From: Aquifex aeolicus VF5
Lineage (GTDB): Bacteria > Aquificota > Aquificia > Aquificales > Aquificaceae
Assembly: GCF_000008625.1 (NCBI RefSeq)
Contig: NC_000918.1
Location: 480,001-512,000 of the forward strand
Reading direction: 5' to 3'
DNA: 32,000 nt
How positions within the stretch are numbered: the stretch's first letter is position 1; each line of letters opens with the position of its first letter. A program made the translations under genes and the position numbers. Below are positions 1 to 10,000 of the stretch, piece after piece. The notes below the pieces were generated by a model that saw nothing but the letters and a program-made list of their open reading frames with translations, searched no databases and had not been told where the DNA came from.

Positions 1-273
1 CATGAGCTGGTCTATCTGCTTTTGCATTTGTTCCATCTGCTCTTTCAGGTTAAGGATTATGTCAACTCCCGCGAGGTTTACACCGAGTTCTCTTGTGAGG
101 AACAGGATAAACTCGAGTCTTTCTAGGTCCTCGTCCGTGTAGAGTCTTGTGTTTCCTTCGCTTCTGGAGGGTTTTAAGAGTCCCTCCCTCTCGTAAAGTC
201 TCAAAGTTTGGGGGTGTATATTGTACATCTTAGCGACTACACCTATTGTGTAGTAAGCCTTTCTCTTCTTCAT
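1..273 (-). CDS. hspR: MerR-family heat-shock repressor HspR; N-terminal 91 codons, the C-terminal part runs off the window
   Basis: Absent from the ORF track because there is no stop inside the window. My translation from ATG 273-271 gives MKKRKAYYTIGVVAKMYNIHPQTLRLYEREGLLKPSRSEGNTRLYTDEDLERLEFILFLTRELGVNLAGVDIILNLKEQMEQMQKQIDQLM. This is a MerR-type HTH N-terminus. It starts 5 nt after the dnaJ stop, and a GGTGAG SD overlaps that stop. Confidence 0.75.
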   Translation of the reverse strand, partial: MKKRKAYYTIGVVAKMYNIHPQTLRLYEREGLLKPSRSEGNTRLYTDEDLERLEFILFLTRELGVNLAGVDIILNLKEQMEQMQKQIDQLM

Positions 274-278
274 GGCAC

Positions 279-1409
279 TCACCTCTCTACAATTCTTTCA
301 GGCTTTGGAAGAACTTCCTGAAGTTGTTTTAAGAGCTCTTCCACCTTTTTACCGTCCCCAAGAAGCTTACTAAGAACACCAATCTTGGGAACGTCTATGT
401 GAACCCTGACGTAAAGGTCTCCCCTGCCCGAACCTTTCAGTCTGGGCATACCTTTTCCAGGAACCTTTATGAGTTCTCCCTCTTTAGTTCCGGGTGGTAT
501 CTTTACCTTTACCTTTTCACCGTCTAAAGTGGGAACTTCCACTTCTGTTCCGAGAACAGCCTCGGGGTAGGTTATGTTTACGTCAACGTACAGGTCGTCT
601 CCCTTTCTTTCAAAAATCTTGTGGGGTTTTACCTTTACTATGATGTAGAGGTCCCCGGGAGGTCCTCCGTATCTTCCCGCGTGTCCCTTTCCTTCCACTA
701 CGAGTTTTGAACCATCCCTCACTCCCGGCGGTATCTTTACCTTTATCGTTTCCTTAACGAGTCCGTATCCCCTGCCCGTGCAGGCGTGGCAGTTTTCGTA
801 AATCACTCCTTCTCCACCGCATGTGGGACAGGTTTGTCTTACCTGGAAGAACCAGTTTCCTTGAACGGTTTCTCCTCTACCACCGCATGTGGGGCACGTT
901 CTTGACTTTGACTCGTCGTATCCCGTCCCGCCGCAAGCGGAACAGGGGACTTCCCTTTCAACCTCTATGGGAACTGTAGTTCCCTTAAAGGCTTCTTCTA
1001 ACGTAATCTCAACGGGGACAACTATGTCTTCCCCTTTTACGCTCCTCCTTCTCCTTGCCCTCCTTCTTCCCGTAGCCCTTTCAAATATACTTCCTATATC
1101 AAAGTCAAAGAATTCCCTGAGTATTTCCTCTATTGGCGGTATTTCAGTGGTTTCTACCCTCTGCTGTGCTCCTGCACCTTCAAAGGCTGCGTGTCCGTAC
1201 ATGTCGTAGAGTTTTCTCTTTTCGGGATCGGAGAGTACTTGGTAAGCCTCGTTTATCTCCTTGAACTTTTCCTCACACTCGGGTTTCTTGCATATATCCG
1301 GGTGATACTTCCTGACAAGCCTCCTGTAAGCCTTCTTTATTTCTTCCTGCGAAGCGTTTCTCGGTACTCCAAGAATTTCGTAGTAATCCTTTTTAGTAGA
1401 TGAAGCCAT
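279..1409 (-). CDS. dnaJ: Chaperone DnaJ (Hsp40)
   Basis: 376 aa. J-domain with HPD (KYHPDICK). Four CxxCxGxG repeats ([32 protein letters not shown]). C-terminal client-binding domain. GGAGG SD at 1420-1416, 6 nt before the ATG. Confidence 0.95.
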   Translation of the reverse strand: MASSTKKDYYEILGVPRNASQEEIKKAYRRLVRKYHPDICKKPECEEKFKEINEAYQVLSDPEKRKLYDMYGHAAFEGAGAQQRVETTEIPPIEEILREFFDFDIGSIFERATGRRRARRRRSVKGEDIVVPVEITLEEAFKGTTVPIEVEREVPCSACGGTGYDESKSRTCPTCGGRGETVQGNWFFQVRQTCPTCGGEGVIYENCHACTGRGYGLVKETIKVKIPPGVRDGSKLVVEGKGHAGRYGGPPGDLYIIVKVKPHKIFERKGDDLYVDVNITYPEAVLGTEVEVPTLDGEKVKVKIPPGTKEGELIKVPGKGMPRLKGSGRGDLYVRVHIDVPKIGVLSKLLGDGKKVEELLKQLQEVLPKPERIVER

Positions 1410-1436
1410 AACTTTCCTCCGTTTACCAGAGTAAAT

Positions 1437-1467
1437 AACTTAAAAGTTGAGTTTATTTTTGTCAAGT
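1437..1467 (-). promoter_or_regulatory. Candidate sigma70-type promoter of dnaJ-hspR, overlapped by a HAIR-like (HspR-associated inverted repeat) operator
   Basis: Minus strand reads TTGACA (1465-1460), a 17-nt spacer, then TAAGTT (1442-1437). Plus strand 1446-1466 reads GTTGAGT-ttatttt-TGTCAAG. This matches the HAIR consensus CTTGAGT-N7-ACTCAAG at 11 of 14 positions with the correct 7-nt spacing. Confidence 0.4.
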
Positions 1468-1479
1468 TTCAAAATCACA

Positions 1480-2343
1480 CTAAACTAATAAACGTTTAGG
1501 GGAAAGAACACCTCCCTTTAACTCTCCGATACCTATAAATTTAGAGTCTTCATATATCTTAACAAGGCCCTCGTAATCGTAATTCTTTATTAAAATCCTC
1601 TTTCCCTGGAGTATTTTTCCGGCTTCAAAGGTGTTTAGCCTAACTTCGGGGATTACCCTGAAGAGTGTATCCACGGGCAGGACGTACTCCTCCGGATTTT
1701 CCGAAGAGAGAAACTCTTCCAGACTTACCGCTTCCTCAACGCTTATTTCGTCTATCTTCAACCTTCTGAGTTCCTTCATGTAGCCCCCTATCCCGAGCTT
1801 CTTTCCTATATCGTAGGCGAGACTCCTCACGTAACCCCCGGAAGATATTTCGGCCAAGAATTCCGCCTCCTTTTCTCGGGGATTGCAGGAAAGGAGTTCC
1901 AAGGAGTAGACGGTTATCTTCACGGGCTTTAGTTCTACCTTTTTGCCCTTTCTCGCGAGTTCATAAGCCCTCCTACCTTTTATCTTTTTTGCGGAGAAGG
2001 GCGGAGGTGTCTGGAGTATTTCGCCCCTGAACTCGTTCAGAACTTCTTTTAACTTATCGCAATTGAGTTCTCCTTCGTAAGTTTCTACGACTTTCCCCTG
2101 AGCGTCGTAGGTGTCCGTCTCTGCACCGAACTTAACCGTAAACCTGTAAGTTTTAGGCATCCCTATAAAGAACTGCGAAAACCTCGTAGCCTTGTTTATG
2201 AGGATTATGAGGAGTCCCGTGGCAATAGGATCGAGGGTTCCCGTGTGCCCCGCCTTTCTTGCCTTCAGTTTTTCCTTTACCCTTTCCACTACTTCCGTGG
2301 AGGTTATTCCCTTTGGCTTGTCTATCAGAAGTGCTCCGTCCAT
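1480..2343 (-). CDS. truB: tRNA pseudouridine-55 synthase TruB
   Basis: KPKGITS and catalytic-Asp motif HTGTLDP, with a C-terminal PUA-like region. The track ORF starts at TTG 2358. ATG 2343 ([15 protein letters not shown]) fits the usual TruB N-terminus better. Confidence 0.9.
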   Translation of the reverse strand: MDGALLIDKPKGITSTEVVERVKEKLKARKAGHTGTLDPIATGLLIILINKATRFSQFFIGMPKTYRFTVKFGAETDTYDAQGKVVETYEGELNCDKLKEVLNEFRGEILQTPPPFSAKKIKGRRAYELARKGKKVELKPVKITVYSLELLSCNPREKEAEFLAEISSGGYVRSLAYDIGKKLGIGGYMKELRRLKIDEISVEEAVSLEEFLSSENPEEYVLPVDTLFRVIPEVRLNTFEAGKILQGKRILIKNYDYEGLVKIYEDSKFIGIGELKGGVLSPKRLLV

Positions 2344-2350
2344 ACACAAA

Positions 2351-2366
2351 ATTATCAATTTAAAAT
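2351..2366. promoter_or_regulatory. Back-to-back -10-like hexamers in the 30-bp truB/trpB divergent spacer
   Basis: Plus-strand TAAAAT (2361-2366) lies 7 nt before the trpB ATG at 2374. Minus-strand GATAAT (2356-2351) lies 7 nt before the truB ATG at 2343. Neither gene has a convincing SD. Confidence 0.3.
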
Positions 2367-2373
2367 AAGGCTT

Positions 2374-3567
2374 ATGTACAACTATCCAGACGAGAGAGGT
2401 TATTTCGGGCCCTTCGGGGGAAAATTCGTCCCCGAAACCTTGATGTACGCCCTGGAAGAACTTGAAGAAAAATACAGGGAATTGAAGAGCGACCCTGAAT
2501 TCCAGAAAGAACTCGATTACTACCTGAGGGAGTACGCCGGAAGACCCACTCCCCTTTACTTTGCGGAGAAACTAACGAAGTACGTGGGCGGTGCGAAGAT
2601 ATATCTGAAGAGGGAGGATCTTCTCCATACCGGTGCCCATAAGATAAACAACACCATAGGTCAATGTCTTTTGACCAAGAGAATGGGAAAGAAAAGGGTT
2701 ATAGCGGAAACGGGGGCGGGACAGCACGGGGTCGCAACCGCAACCGCCTCAGCACTTTTCGGCTTGGAGTGCGTCGTTTACATGGGTGAAGAAGACGCGG
2801 AAAGGCAGGCTCTTAACGTTTTCAGGATGAAACTCCTCGGAGCAAAAGTGGAAATAGTAAAGAGCGGAAGCAGGACCCTAAAGGATGCCATAAACGAAGC
2901 ACTGAGAGACTGGGTGACAAACGTTGAAAGTACCCACTACGTGATAGGTTCTGTGGTTGGTCCTCATCCTTTTCCCATGATAGTGAGGGATTTTCAGAGT
3001 GTAATTGGAAGGGAGACTAAGGAGCAGATACTGCAGAAGGAAGGAAGGCTTCCCGACGCTATAGTCGCGTGCGTGGGAGGCGGTTCAAACGCTATGGGGA
3101 TATTCTACCCCTTCGTTGAAGACAAAGGAGTTCAGCTAATAGGCGTGGAAGCGGGAGGATACGGACTGGAAACTGGACAGCACGCTGCTTCCATATGCGG
3201 GGGAAGTGTAGGAATCCTTCACGGTATGAAGAGTTACTTCCTTCAGGACGAGGAAGGACAAATTCAGCCAACTCACTCCATTTCAGCTGGACTAGACTAC
3301 CCAGGAGTTGGACCCGAACACGCTCTCTTTCACGAGATAAAACGGGCAAAGTACACCACAGCAACCGATGAGGAGGCGCTTGAAGGTTTCAAACTCCTCG
3401 CACGTACGGAAGGTATAATCCCTGCCCTCGAAAGTGCCCACGCGGTAATAAAGGCGGTTGAAGTGGCAAGAGAATTGGGAAAGGACGGGATAGTTGTTAT
3501 TAACCTCTCAGGAAGGGGAGACAAGGATATGGCACACGTTATGAAACACCTTTCACTCGAAGGCTAA
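2374..3567 (+). CDS. trpB: Tryptophan synthase beta chain
   Basis: PLP-lysine motif HTGAHKINN, plus GGGSNAMG. The N-terminus [23 protein letters not shown] is typical. The 43 extra upstream codons of track ORF 2245 overlap truB and are not TrpB-like. No trpA is adjacent. Confidence 0.95.
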   Translation: MYNYPDERGYFGPFGGKFVPETLMYALEELEEKYRELKSDPEFQKELDYYLREYAGRPTPLYFAEKLTKYVGGAKIYLKREDLLHTGAHKINNTIGQCLLTKRMGKKRVIAETGAGQHGVATATASALFGLECVVYMGEEDAERQALNVFRMKLLGAKVEIVKSGSRTLKDAINEALRDWVTNVESTHYVIGSVVGPHPFPMIVRDFQSVIGRETKEQILQKEGRLPDAIVACVGGGSNAMGIFYPFVEDKGVQLIGVEAGGYGLETGQHAASICGGSVGILHGMKSYFLQDEEGQIQPTHSISAGLDYPGVGPEHALFHEIKRAKYTTATDEEALEGFKLLARTEGIIPALESAHAVIKAVEVARELGKDGIVVINLSGRGDKDMAHVMKHLSLEG

Positions 3568-3582
3568 TATCATTAAAGTATT

Positions 3583-4644
3583 ATGGAAATCCTTGTAATA
3601 GGCGGTGGGGTAATAGGACTATCCATCGGGGTAGAACTGCTCCTTGCGGGACACGATGTAAGACTCCTCGTCAGAGATAAAAGGGAAGGTGCTTCCTGGG
3701 TGGCGGGCGGTATGCTCGCCCCCTTTTCGGAAGGTCTGAGGGGAGATTTTTTAAGGTTTTCCGTGGAAAGTCTAAGGCTCTGGCACGACTACCTTGAAAG
3801 ACTGAAGGAAATTTCGGGGAGAAAAGTTTTCTTCTCTCAGGGAATACTCAGAGTAGCCTTTGACGAGAAAGAAGAAAAGAAATTGAGAGAGGACGTTAAG
3901 TTTTACTCTCAGGAAGTGTGTCAGAACCTTATCTCTTACGACGCTGAAGAACTCCTAAAAGAGTTTCCCTACCTTTCGAGTGAAGTCAGGTACGGAGTTA
4001 TATACGGAGATGAGGGAAATGTAGACACGGAAGAGCTTATGGAAGCCCTTTACGTTGCCTTTGAAAAACTCGGTGGAGAAATAATAAACGAGGACGCGGT
4101 AAAGATTCTGAGGAACGGAGAGAGAATAGAAAAAGTCTTCGGCTTTTTTGAGGAGTTTACTGCGGATTACTACGTGTTTGCAACGGGTGCTTGGCTAAAA
4201 GAACACTTCGGCTTTCCCGTATTCCCGGTAAAGGGGCAGATACTCAGGGTTGAAGCACCCCTCAAAGACTACGTTGTTTACTCCTCAAGGGCATACATAA
4301 TCCCGAGGGAAAAGGACCTTTTAATAGGCGCGACAACCGAAAACGCTGGCTTTGACACGAAAACAACTTTAGAAGGTGTTAAAAAACTTTCCGAAGGGGC
4401 GATATCGAGCGTCCCTCAGCTCAAGGAAGCTCAACTTCTTGAGGTAAGAGTCGGCTTTAGACCCGGAACGCCCGATGAACTTCCCGTTTTTTACTTTGGA
4501 GAAAACTTTTCAGTTTACGGAGGGCATTACAGGAACGGCATACTCCTCGCTCCCGCAACCGCTGAGGTAGCCCTGAAGTTAATAGACCAGGGGGAGGTTT
4601 CGGAATACTTCAAGACTTTCTCCCCTTACAGGTTCAAGGAGTAA
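3583..4644 (+). CDS. thiO: FAD-dependent glycine oxidase (ThiO / DAO family)
   Basis: N-terminal dinucleotide fold VIGGGVIGLSIGVEL. C-terminal GHYRNGILLAPATAE, typical of ThiO-type glycine oxidases. Confidence 0.65.
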   Translation: MEILVIGGGVIGLSIGVELLLAGHDVRLLVRDKREGASWVAGGMLAPFSEGLRGDFLRFSVESLRLWHDYLERLKEISGRKVFFSQGILRVAFDEKEEKKLREDVKFYSQEVCQNLISYDAEELLKEFPYLSSEVRYGVIYGDEGNVDTEELMEALYVAFEKLGGEIINEDAVKILRNGERIEKVFGFFEEFTADYYVFATGAWLKEHFGFPVFPVKGQILRVEAPLKDYVVYSSRAYIIPREKDLLIGATTENAGFDTKTTLEGVKKLSEGAISSVPQLKEAQLLEVRVGFRPGTPDELPVFYFGENFSVYGGHYRNGILLAPATAEVALKLIDQGEVSEYFKTFSPYRFKE

Positions 4645-4647
4645 ATA

Positions 4648-6630
4648 ATGAGAGTTTACGTGGGCGTTGATACAGGCGGGACCTTTACAGACTTCGTTTA
4701 CTGGGACGGAAAGGAGTGGCGTGTCCTCAAAATCCCATCTACTCCCTCCAATCCCGCGGAAGCTGTCCTGAAAGGTCTCGAAAAGTTGAGAAGGGGGAAA
4801 GCCCTTGACGTGGTTCACGGCTCCACCGTAGCTACAAACGCACTCCTTGAGAGAAAGGGGGCAAAAACTGCTTTAATTACGAATAAGGGTTTTGAAGACG
4901 TAATAGAGATAGGGAGACAAAATAGGGAAAGACTTTATGACCTTTACTACAGAAAGCCCAAGCCACTTGTGCCGAGAGAACTCAGGTTCGGGCTAAATTG
5001 CAGGATAAACGCAAAAGGAGAGGTTTTAAAACCAATAAACAGAGAAGAACTGAAGGAAATACTAAAAGCCTTGAAAGAAAAAGGAGTTGAGTCGGTAGCT
5101 GTATGTATGCTCCACTCTTACGCAAATCCCGAACATGAGAAAGAAGTGGAAGAAGAACTTAAGAAGAATTTGAGTGTTTTTGTTTCCCTCTCCTCCGAAA
5201 TCCTTCCAGAGTTTAGAGAATACGAGAGGTGTTCCACTACCGTTATAAACGCCTACGTCTCACCAAAGATGTCAAAATACCTTTATTACTTAAAAGATAG
5301 ATTAAGGGAGGGAGACCTTTTCAGGGTGATGCAGTCAAACGGGGGACTGATTTCTCCGGAAACCGCTTCAAAGGAGGCAGTTAGAACTATACTCTCTGGA
5401 CCCGCGGGAGGAGTGATAGGTGCTCTTCACCTTGGAAAGCTCGCGGGCTTTGAAAAGTTAATTACCTTTGACATGGGCGGGACCTCCACGGATGTGTCCC
5501 TGATATACGGAACTCCGAATATAACTACGGAGTCAAAGATAGATGGTCTGCCCGTAAAGGTTCCCATGATAGACATAAATACGGTGGGAGCGGGAGGAGG
5601 TTCCATAGCCTACGTGGATGAAGGAGGAGCTCTCAGAGTAGGCCCTCAGAGTGCGGGAGCGCAGCCCGGACCCATATGCTACGGAAGGGGAGGAAAAGAG
5701 ATAACTGTAACGGATGCAAACCTCTTTCTAGGAAGACTCGTTCCGGAGCACTTCTTGGGCGGTGAGATGAAACTATATCCCGAACTGCTTGAAGAACCCT
5801 TCAAGGAAATGGCAAAGAAAATAGGACTCGCACCCACGGAGCTCGCGGAAGGGATAATAAAGGTAGCTAACTCCAGCATGGAAAGGGCTATAAGGAAGGT
5901 TTCGGTAGAGAGAGGCTACAACCCTGAAGAGTTTGCCCTCTTTTCTTTTGGAGGAGCTGGTGGCCTGCACGCTGTGCTTCTTGCAAAGAGTTTAAATATT
6001 CCGAAAGTCATAATTCCCAGAAATCCCGGGCTTCTTTCCGCGGTAGGTATGCTCTTTGCGGATATAGTAAAGGACAAAGTAACCACCGTTATGCTGAAAG
6101 AAGAGGAGGCAAAGCCCGAAACCCTAGAAAAGTTGTTCTTACTTATGGAGGAGAAAGTACTCTCCGAAATGGAGGGAGAAGGCTTTCCGCCCGAGAAGGT
6201 ATTCGTAGAGAGGTTTTTAGACGTAAGATACAAGGGGCAATCTTACGAGATAACTATACCTTTTGGTGAAAACTTCAAAGAGACTTTTGAAAAAGAGCAC
6301 GAAAGGCTTTACGGATATGCCCACAGGGGAAGGAAGATAGAAATTGTAAATCTCAGGATAAAGGCAACGGGGATAAAGGAAAAACCTCCCTTGAAAGAGT
6401 TTAAGGAAAGGGGAGATAAGTATCCCAAGGATGCAATCCTCGGAGAGCGGGAAGTGGTATTTGAAGGAAGGCTTGAGACTTTTAAAGTTCTCGACAGAGA
6501 AAAACTCGTTTACGGGAACGTTATAGACTTTCCCGCCATAGTGGTTGAGTACTCTTCAACCACGCTCATACCGCCCTACGCAACCGCGGAAGTGGACAGG
6601 TATGGGAACTTGATTATTACTCTCCTTTGA
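4648..6630 (+). CDS. hyuA: Hydantoinase/oxoprolinase family protein, A (ATP-binding) subunit type
   Basis: 660 aa. N-terminal [12 protein letters not shown], central [11 protein letters not shown] and GAGGGSIA motifs of the hydantoinase_A/ASKHA fold. Starts 3 nt after the thiO stop. Confidence 0.85.
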   Translation: MRVYVGVDTGGTFTDFVYWDGKEWRVLKIPSTPSNPAEAVLKGLEKLRRGKALDVVHGSTVATNALLERKGAKTALITNKGFEDVIEIGRQNRERLYDLYYRKPKPLVPRELRFGLNCRINAKGEVLKPINREELKEILKALKEKGVESVAVCMLHSYANPEHEKEVEEELKKNLSVFVSLSSEILPEFREYERCSTTVINAYVSPKMSKYLYYLKDRLREGDLFRVMQSNGGLISPETASKEAVRTILSGPAGGVIGALHLGKLAGFEKLITFDMGGTSTDVSLIYGTPNITTESKIDGLPVKVPMIDINTVGAGGGSIAYVDEGGALRVGPQSAGAQPGPICYGRGGKEITVTDANLFLGRLVPEHFLGGEMKLYPELLEEPFKEMAKKIGLAPTELAEGIIKVANSSMERAIRKVSVERGYNPEEFALFSFGGAGGLHAVLLAKSLNIPKVIIPRNPGLLSAVGMLFADIVKDKVTTVMLKEEEAKPETLEKLFLLMEEKVLSEMEGEGFPPEKVFVERFLDVRYKGQSYEITIPFGENFKETFEKEHERLYGYAHRGRKIEIVNLRIKATGIKEKPPLKEFKERGDKYPKDAILGEREVVFEGRLETFKVLDREKLVYGNVIDFPAIVVEYSSTTLIPPYATAEVDRYGNLIITLL

Positions 6631-7135
6631 AGTACTTCCAGAAACCCCTTCTATCCTTGTAGGCCTCCTCCTGAGCTTCTCCCAATTCTTTTAAGTACTT
6701 CACCTGAGGAGGGATTATGAAAACGAATGCGAGTCCTTCCTTTACGAGGAGAAGGTTTAACATTTTGTTACGATACTCATCGAGCCATACGTAGGCGAGA
6801 TACCTGCCGTTGTTGTCCATCTTCCTGACGGGCAGTTCCAAGTAAACTACTTTCTTATCAATCAATCTCTTTGAGAATTCCTTTGCCTTCTTTCCAAATT
6901 CCTTAACGGTTCTTATCCCTCCGTAAAACCACTTTGCCTGTCCCATTCCCTTCTTCATGTTGTTCGTTTCAAGGGTGTCTATTCCCATGAGTCTTACTTT
7001 TATGAACCTGCTTTTCCCTTCGGGAACGCACCTGAAGGTATCACCGTCAACTACCCTTACGACTTTGCAAGGGATAAGTTCGGAGCTGAAAGTAAAACCC
7101 AAAAAAGTCAAAAACGGAATTAAAAATTTCTTCAT
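6617..7135 (-). CDS. Secreted staphylococcal-nuclease-like thermonuclease (SNase fold)
   Basis: Hydrophobic N-terminal signal MKKFLIPFLTFLGFTFSS. SNase motifs VVDGDT, VRLMGIDTLET and GRYLAYVW, so the Ca-binding and catalytic Arg/Glu positions are retained. Its 3' end overlaps the hyuA 3' end by 14 nt. Confidence 0.8.
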   Translation of the reverse strand: MKKFLIPFLTFLGFTFSSELIPCKVVRVVDGDTFRCVPEGKSRFIKVRLMGIDTLETNNMKKGMGQAKWFYGGIRTVKEFGKKAKEFSKRLIDKKVVYLELPVRKMDNNGRYLAYVWLDEYRNKMLNLLLVKEGLAFVFIIPPQVKYLKELGEAQEEAYKDRRGFWKYFKGE

Positions 7136-7647
7136 CTTTCCTTCTCCTTAAGTAGGAAAATCTTTACCTGAGACAAGTTGCCAAAGTAGGTATTCGGGTA
7201 TTCCTCTTTTATAGCGGACCAAAGGCTTAAAGCCTTATTAATTTTTCCCAGTTTTTCGTAAGAAAAAGCTTCCAAACTCTTTGCTGAAGGGTAATTAAAA
7301 TCTTCCTTTTTAATTTCTTTTAAGTTTTCAAGGGCTTTTCCGTATTTCTTATTTAAGTAAAAGTCTGCGGAAAGCCTCTCTTTATAAAACTTTTTCATAT
7401 TTTCCTCTTCTATATCTTCGTAGATTTCTTGAAAGTTTCCGAATTTTGCAAGGACGTAAGGATAAAAGGGAGTTCCCTTTGTGATTTTCAGTATCTCTTC
7501 CTTTTTTAATTTCCCTTTTTCAAAAAGGTAAACCTTGTAAGAAATTTCCTTAAAAGAATTTATCTTGTGTTCCTTGTAAGCGTTGTAAGCCCAAACGCCG
7601 AGGACGAGGAGGAAAACCGCTCCCAGGAATAGATAAAAATCCCTCAT
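7132..7647 (-). CDS. Membrane-anchored TPR-like protein (YfgM/UPF0070-like architecture); function unknown
   Basis: 171 aa with a single N-terminal TM helix (FYLFLGAVFLLVLGVWAY) followed by a helical repeat-like domain. ATGA overlaps with frr upstream and the nuclease gene downstream. Confidence 0.4.
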   Translation of the reverse strand: MRDFYLFLGAVFLLVLGVWAYNAYKEHKINSFKEISYKVYLFEKGKLKKEEILKITKGTPFYPYVLAKFGNFQEIYEDIEEENMKKFYKERLSADFYLNKKYGKALENLKEIKKEDFNYPSAKSLEAFSYEKLGKINKALSLWSAIKEEYPNTYFGNLSQVKIFLLKEKER

Positions 7648-8198
7648 ACGCTCATTATCTCCTTCTCTTTAGCTTCCATAAGCTTGTTTATCTCATCTAT
7701 GTACTTGTCAGTCAATTTCTGAAGTCTCTCGAGTGCCCTCTTCTTCTCGTCTTCCGAGATACCTTCAAGTTCTTCTATCATCTCCTTTGCTTCCCTTCTC
7801 ACGTTTCTCACCCTTACCCTCGCCTCTTCTGTTATCTTGTGCAGGAGTCTAACGAGTTCCCTTCTTCTTTCTTCCGTAAGTGGTGGGAGTGTAACCCTTA
7901 TCACGTTTCCCTGAACCGTTGGGTTCAGGTTCAGTTCTTCCCTTATGGCTTTTTCTATTGCGGGAACCGCGTTCTGATCCCAAACTTGAATTACTATCTG
8001 GTTGTGTTCTGGAACGGAAATAGTACCGAGCTGTTTAATGGGAACTTTTGAGCCGTAGTACTCAACTTTAATCTCTTCAACCAGAGCAGTGGAAGCCCTG
8101 CTGGTTCTGAGCCCTGCGATTTCGTTCTTGTAGTACTCAACAGCCTTTTTCATATCTTTTTCCGCTTCCTTGAATATGTCTTCCAGTTCCTTTATCAT
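7644..8198 (-). CDS. frr: Ribosome recycling factor
   Basis: 184 aa, full-length RRF-like sequence (GLRTSRASTALVEEIKVEYYG, LTEERRRELVR). Confidence 0.95.
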   Translation of the reverse strand: MIKELEDIFKEAEKDMKKAVEYYKNEIAGLRTSRASTALVEEIKVEYYGSKVPIKQLGTISVPEHNQIVIQVWDQNAVPAIEKAIREELNLNPTVQGNVIRVTLPPLTEERRRELVRLLHKITEEARVRVRNVRREAKEMIEELEGISEDEKKRALERLQKLTDKYIDEINKLMEAKEKEIMSV

Positions 8199-8203
8199 CT
8201 TTC

Positions 8204-9792
<1,589 letters not shown>

Positions 9793-9818
9793 TCTCATAC
9801 CTCCGCTTATCTTTTCTA

Positions 9819-9827
9819 ATTATAACA
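9819..9827 (-). promoter_or_regulatory. Extended -10 promoter element for tsf (TGTTATAAT)
   Basis: Minus strand reads TGT-TATAAT, a perfect TGnTATAAT, about 27 nt upstream of the tsf ATG at 9792. It sits immediately downstream of the IS right end. Confidence 0.45.
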
Positions 9828-9844
9828 GGCTCAAAAGGGAACTT

Positions 9845-10000
9845 TTGCGGGAGGAAAGTGTGAACTATCCCGCATCATAGATGCGGGGCTTCGGGTGGGT
9901 TTACACCCTCTTTGGAGTGCCTTACCACCACGGGCAGGTTCACACCGCCCCTACTCCTGCCTATCCCGCCATACAGCGGAATAGCGGAGCTACTTTCCCT
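9845..10000 (-). ncRNA. Candidate omega-RNA (reRNA) scaffold plus predicted guide of the TnpB element; 5' end undefined and may extend towards ~10100
   Basis: GC island by hand count: 62 of 100 nt in 9881-9980 versus 36 of 100 nt in 10401-10500 within the same ORF. Stacked hairpins: GGGTG/CACCC at 9893-9908, GGCAGG/CCTGCC at 9933-9961, CCGC/GCGG at 9966-9979, and the RE hairpin. The position at the tnpB 3' end matches known TnpB omega-RNAs. Confidence 0.5.
9869..9887 (-). repeat. Right-end (RE) subterminal hairpin of the IS
   Basis: Plus strand CCCGCATC-ATA-GATGCGGG, 8 of 8 bp. It contains the tnpB stop codon (9877-9875). Confidence 0.8.

Noticed and set aside
889-1403. Plus-strand ORFs 889-1209 and 1191-1403 inside dnaJ
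   Set aside because: They are antisense to a full-length, motif-complete dnaJ. Their composition is leucine/serine-rich with no recognisable domain or SD.
2245-2373. 43-codon N-terminal extension of the trpB track ORF overlapping truB, plus the small ORF 2153-2347
   Set aside because: The extension is not TrpB-like, and the canonical TrpB N-terminus starts at ATG 2374. The overlap is simply an open frame opposite truB.
9832-9847. Hairpin CAAAAG-GGAA-CTTTTG between the IS right end and the tsf promoter, considered as an omega-RNA or tnpB terminator
   Set aside because: The 6-bp stem is almost all A:T, has no following U-tract in the minus sense, and is unlikely to be stable at this organism's growth temperature. 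It also coincides with the possible tsf -35 zone.
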